A stretch of 63,726 bases of DNA, the filler included, from Atractiella rhizophila (lineage: Eukaryota): the NCBI GenBank assembly GCA_021432655.1. It is 16 parts of 15 records of this genome, joined end to end, with 100 filler letters (N's around TTAATTAATTAA, not from the genome) between each part and the next. Parts side by side here need not be neighbours in the genome. Positions count along the whole stretch, not along the records: positions 59,767 to 62,147 come from MU272426.1; positions 62,248 to 63,726 come from MU272453.1; 14 more parts are not named here. One strand, 5' to 3'. Below, one piece after another: positions 61,973 to 63,726 of this stretch. The translations under genes were made by a program, and so were the position numbers. How positions within the stretch are numbered: position 1 is the first letter of the stretch; each line of letters opens with the position of its first letter. The notes below the pieces were generated by a model that was not told the DNA's origin, ran no database searches, and was given only the letters and a program-made list of their open reading frames with translations.

Positions 61973-62147
61973 TGTAAGGATCTAAGGCTAGGAGTGGTTG
62001 GTGGTCAATAATGAGCACATTAGAGAAGTATAGAGAGACATACCTAGGAGTGGTTGGTGGTCAATAATGAGCACCAACACTCCTAGGCAGAACTAAACTA
62101 CATAGTGATGACTCATACGAGTCATAAGAGTCATAAGAGGCAGATGA
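61973..62147. mobile_element. LTR-like sequence interrupting the RNase H, truncated by the contig end
   Basis: Begins TGTAAGG exactly where RNase H similarity stops; 31-bp direct repeat (61988-62018, 62044-62074); hairpin 62043-62087; GAGTCATAA repeats. Confidence 0.55.
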
Positions 62148-62247
62148 NNNNNNNNNNNNNNNNNNNNNNNNNNNNNNNNNNNNNNNNNNNNTTAATTAAT
62201 TAANNNNNNNNNNNNNNNNNNNNNNNNNNNNNNNNNNNNNNNNNNNN

Positions 62248-63726
62248 GTCATCACCGGTGCTGATCCCTGTCTCGGCATCAGCTCAATCTAAGTGGAGAA
62301 AGAGTTCAAATACCTCGACGTAGCCAGTGGTCTTCGCAATGCGCGTAGTAAATCGGGAATAATCTACTGGAGAAGGGAACGCCCAGAATCGAAAGAAGGC
62401 TCCCCATTGAATTCGGCAGTAACTCAAAGAAACAGGATCTGTCGACACTTCTTTCTTCGCATGTCGCTGTTTGAGTTCCAGAAGTTCCTTAGAATCTTGT
62501 TGGATATCTTTTCGCACGACATATCGTGGAATCTCTTCTTTCATTTCCAGTCGTACCGTTTCTGAATTGGAGTTGAACTTTTTACTCAACGTTATTTCCC
62601 GATCCATGAATGAAAATGGTGGAGGTCGAGGCGCTCCTCTAACAGAGACGTGTTGAGGTGTTCCGATTACGAATGCATTTCTTTCAATCGAGAGATCAAG
62701 GCGGGACAGAAAATACTTTTTGTTGTCAGAATTCACAAAGAGCTCTATCATCGTCTTCTTTGGGTTCTCAGCTAGGAGCTCTGACGGAACGAAAGTTTGA
62801 ACAATGAGTGGGGCAGTATCCGAAGCCATCCTGTCCTCAGTGATAACTAGTGTCCTTGCATCTCCTACCCCTTCGCTGCGAGCGGTGCCGAGGGTGACAG
62901 AGAAAGGTATGAAGGAATGAAAATGTTCGAGCTTGCTCTTGTCAATAATATCCATTTGAATCTTCGCCTGACCGGGGATCCGTCTTGCTTGGCTCCCTGG
63001 GACTAAAATGACGAGCACAACTACTGCGGGGACCATCTTCCTCCATTCTCTATAGACAAGATCTACGTTTTCTTCAAAGAGCATTCGTCCAAGATTGACA
63101 GTATAAGGAACTTTAGAAATTGTCTTATTGAGAAATAGGCGGACCCGTGTGTCCAGTAAGAAAGGAGACGGAAACGAGTCCAGGACTGATGCAAGGTCCT
63201 CTTCCCACGATGGTTGGACGTCGAGCCGCCTTTTGATCAGGCCCAGCAAACTCGCAAACCCGGTCCTCGATCCTAGATCCTCTTGTGCCCCCAGTGGCTT
63301 CAACAATGATACAAGAGGCTCTCCTGAAAATTGGAGCTGAAATTTGAGCTTTTTACGTGAAATTATGGGGTCAGCCATGTCAGTGCTCTTCCATCCAACT
63401 CGCTCGAGAATATCTTTCGAGGGTCTGGAAAAATGCCGTGCAGATGTAATTTCTGCAGTGTTCTCTCGAGTCGAAAAACCAGAAAGCATCGAAGTTGGCG
63501 CAATTCCGAGTAGCAATATAATGGTTTGCATTCCTCCCTTTAGTTTACGCTCCAGTTCAGCCAACGGATCACCGTCGAGGGGAAAAGATAATATTGCATA
63601 CAGTTCCGCCGAAGGCGACTTTTCGAGTAAAGGTGAACAGGCAACGAGGAGGTCCAATAATTCCATTGAGTCGCGTGGTGTGGAGGTGTCGATAACGTTA
63701 AACGTCATTGGAGCTCCACTACCATT
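62248..63726 (-). CDS. Fungal DUF4470/MYND-zinc-finger family protein, internal part
   Basis: 474-codon open frame with FNVIDTS...LLVACSPLL, LLGIAP...SGFSTR, ERVGWK and FPSPVD...TRIAKTTGYVEV, matching my recollection of this family; the zinc finger is not within the window. Confidence 0.55.

Overview
Eukaryotic fungal DNA: short GT-AG introns of about 50 nt, micro-exons, and gene families typical of basidiomycetes (a Pucciniomycotina-like affinity is only an inference). The window is not a natural locus. It is a concatenation of 16 unrelated contigs/scaffolds, mostly 4.8-5.0 kb and in decreasing size order, joined by artificial 100-bp linkers (N44-TTAATTAATTAA-N44), so adjacency across linkers means nothing. 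Recognisable genes, many truncated by contig ends: old yellow enzyme, SEC16, POP4, SEC31, a peroxisomal acyl-CoA ligase, SRF1-like, GAL1, NEDD8/RUB1, DUF1295, Y14/RBM8A, a chromate transporter, a BTB protein, ERG26-like, an MFS transporter, SLX1, DUF1769, and several F-box-like and DUF6534-like genes. Mobile DNA: two Helitron 3' ends, a hAT end, several Ty1/copia fragments (some nested) and a probable LINE relic. The most interesting signals are (1) a divergent, non-centromeric histone H3 variant with a rewired, partly acidic N-tail, K56G, a ~50-aa Gly/Arg/Lys-rich C-terminal tail and paired MCB boxes upstream; (2) a conserved multi-hairpin 3'-terminal cassette ending in CTTG shared by two diverged Helitrons, one bracketed by an 83-bp duplication and one abutting a truncated orphan gene; (3) unusually long introns in POP4 and GAL1; (4) a decayed patatin-NLR-like gene. 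All family assignments come from motif recognition by eye; no searches were run. Indel-type lesions are common, so pseudogene calls may reflect assembly error.
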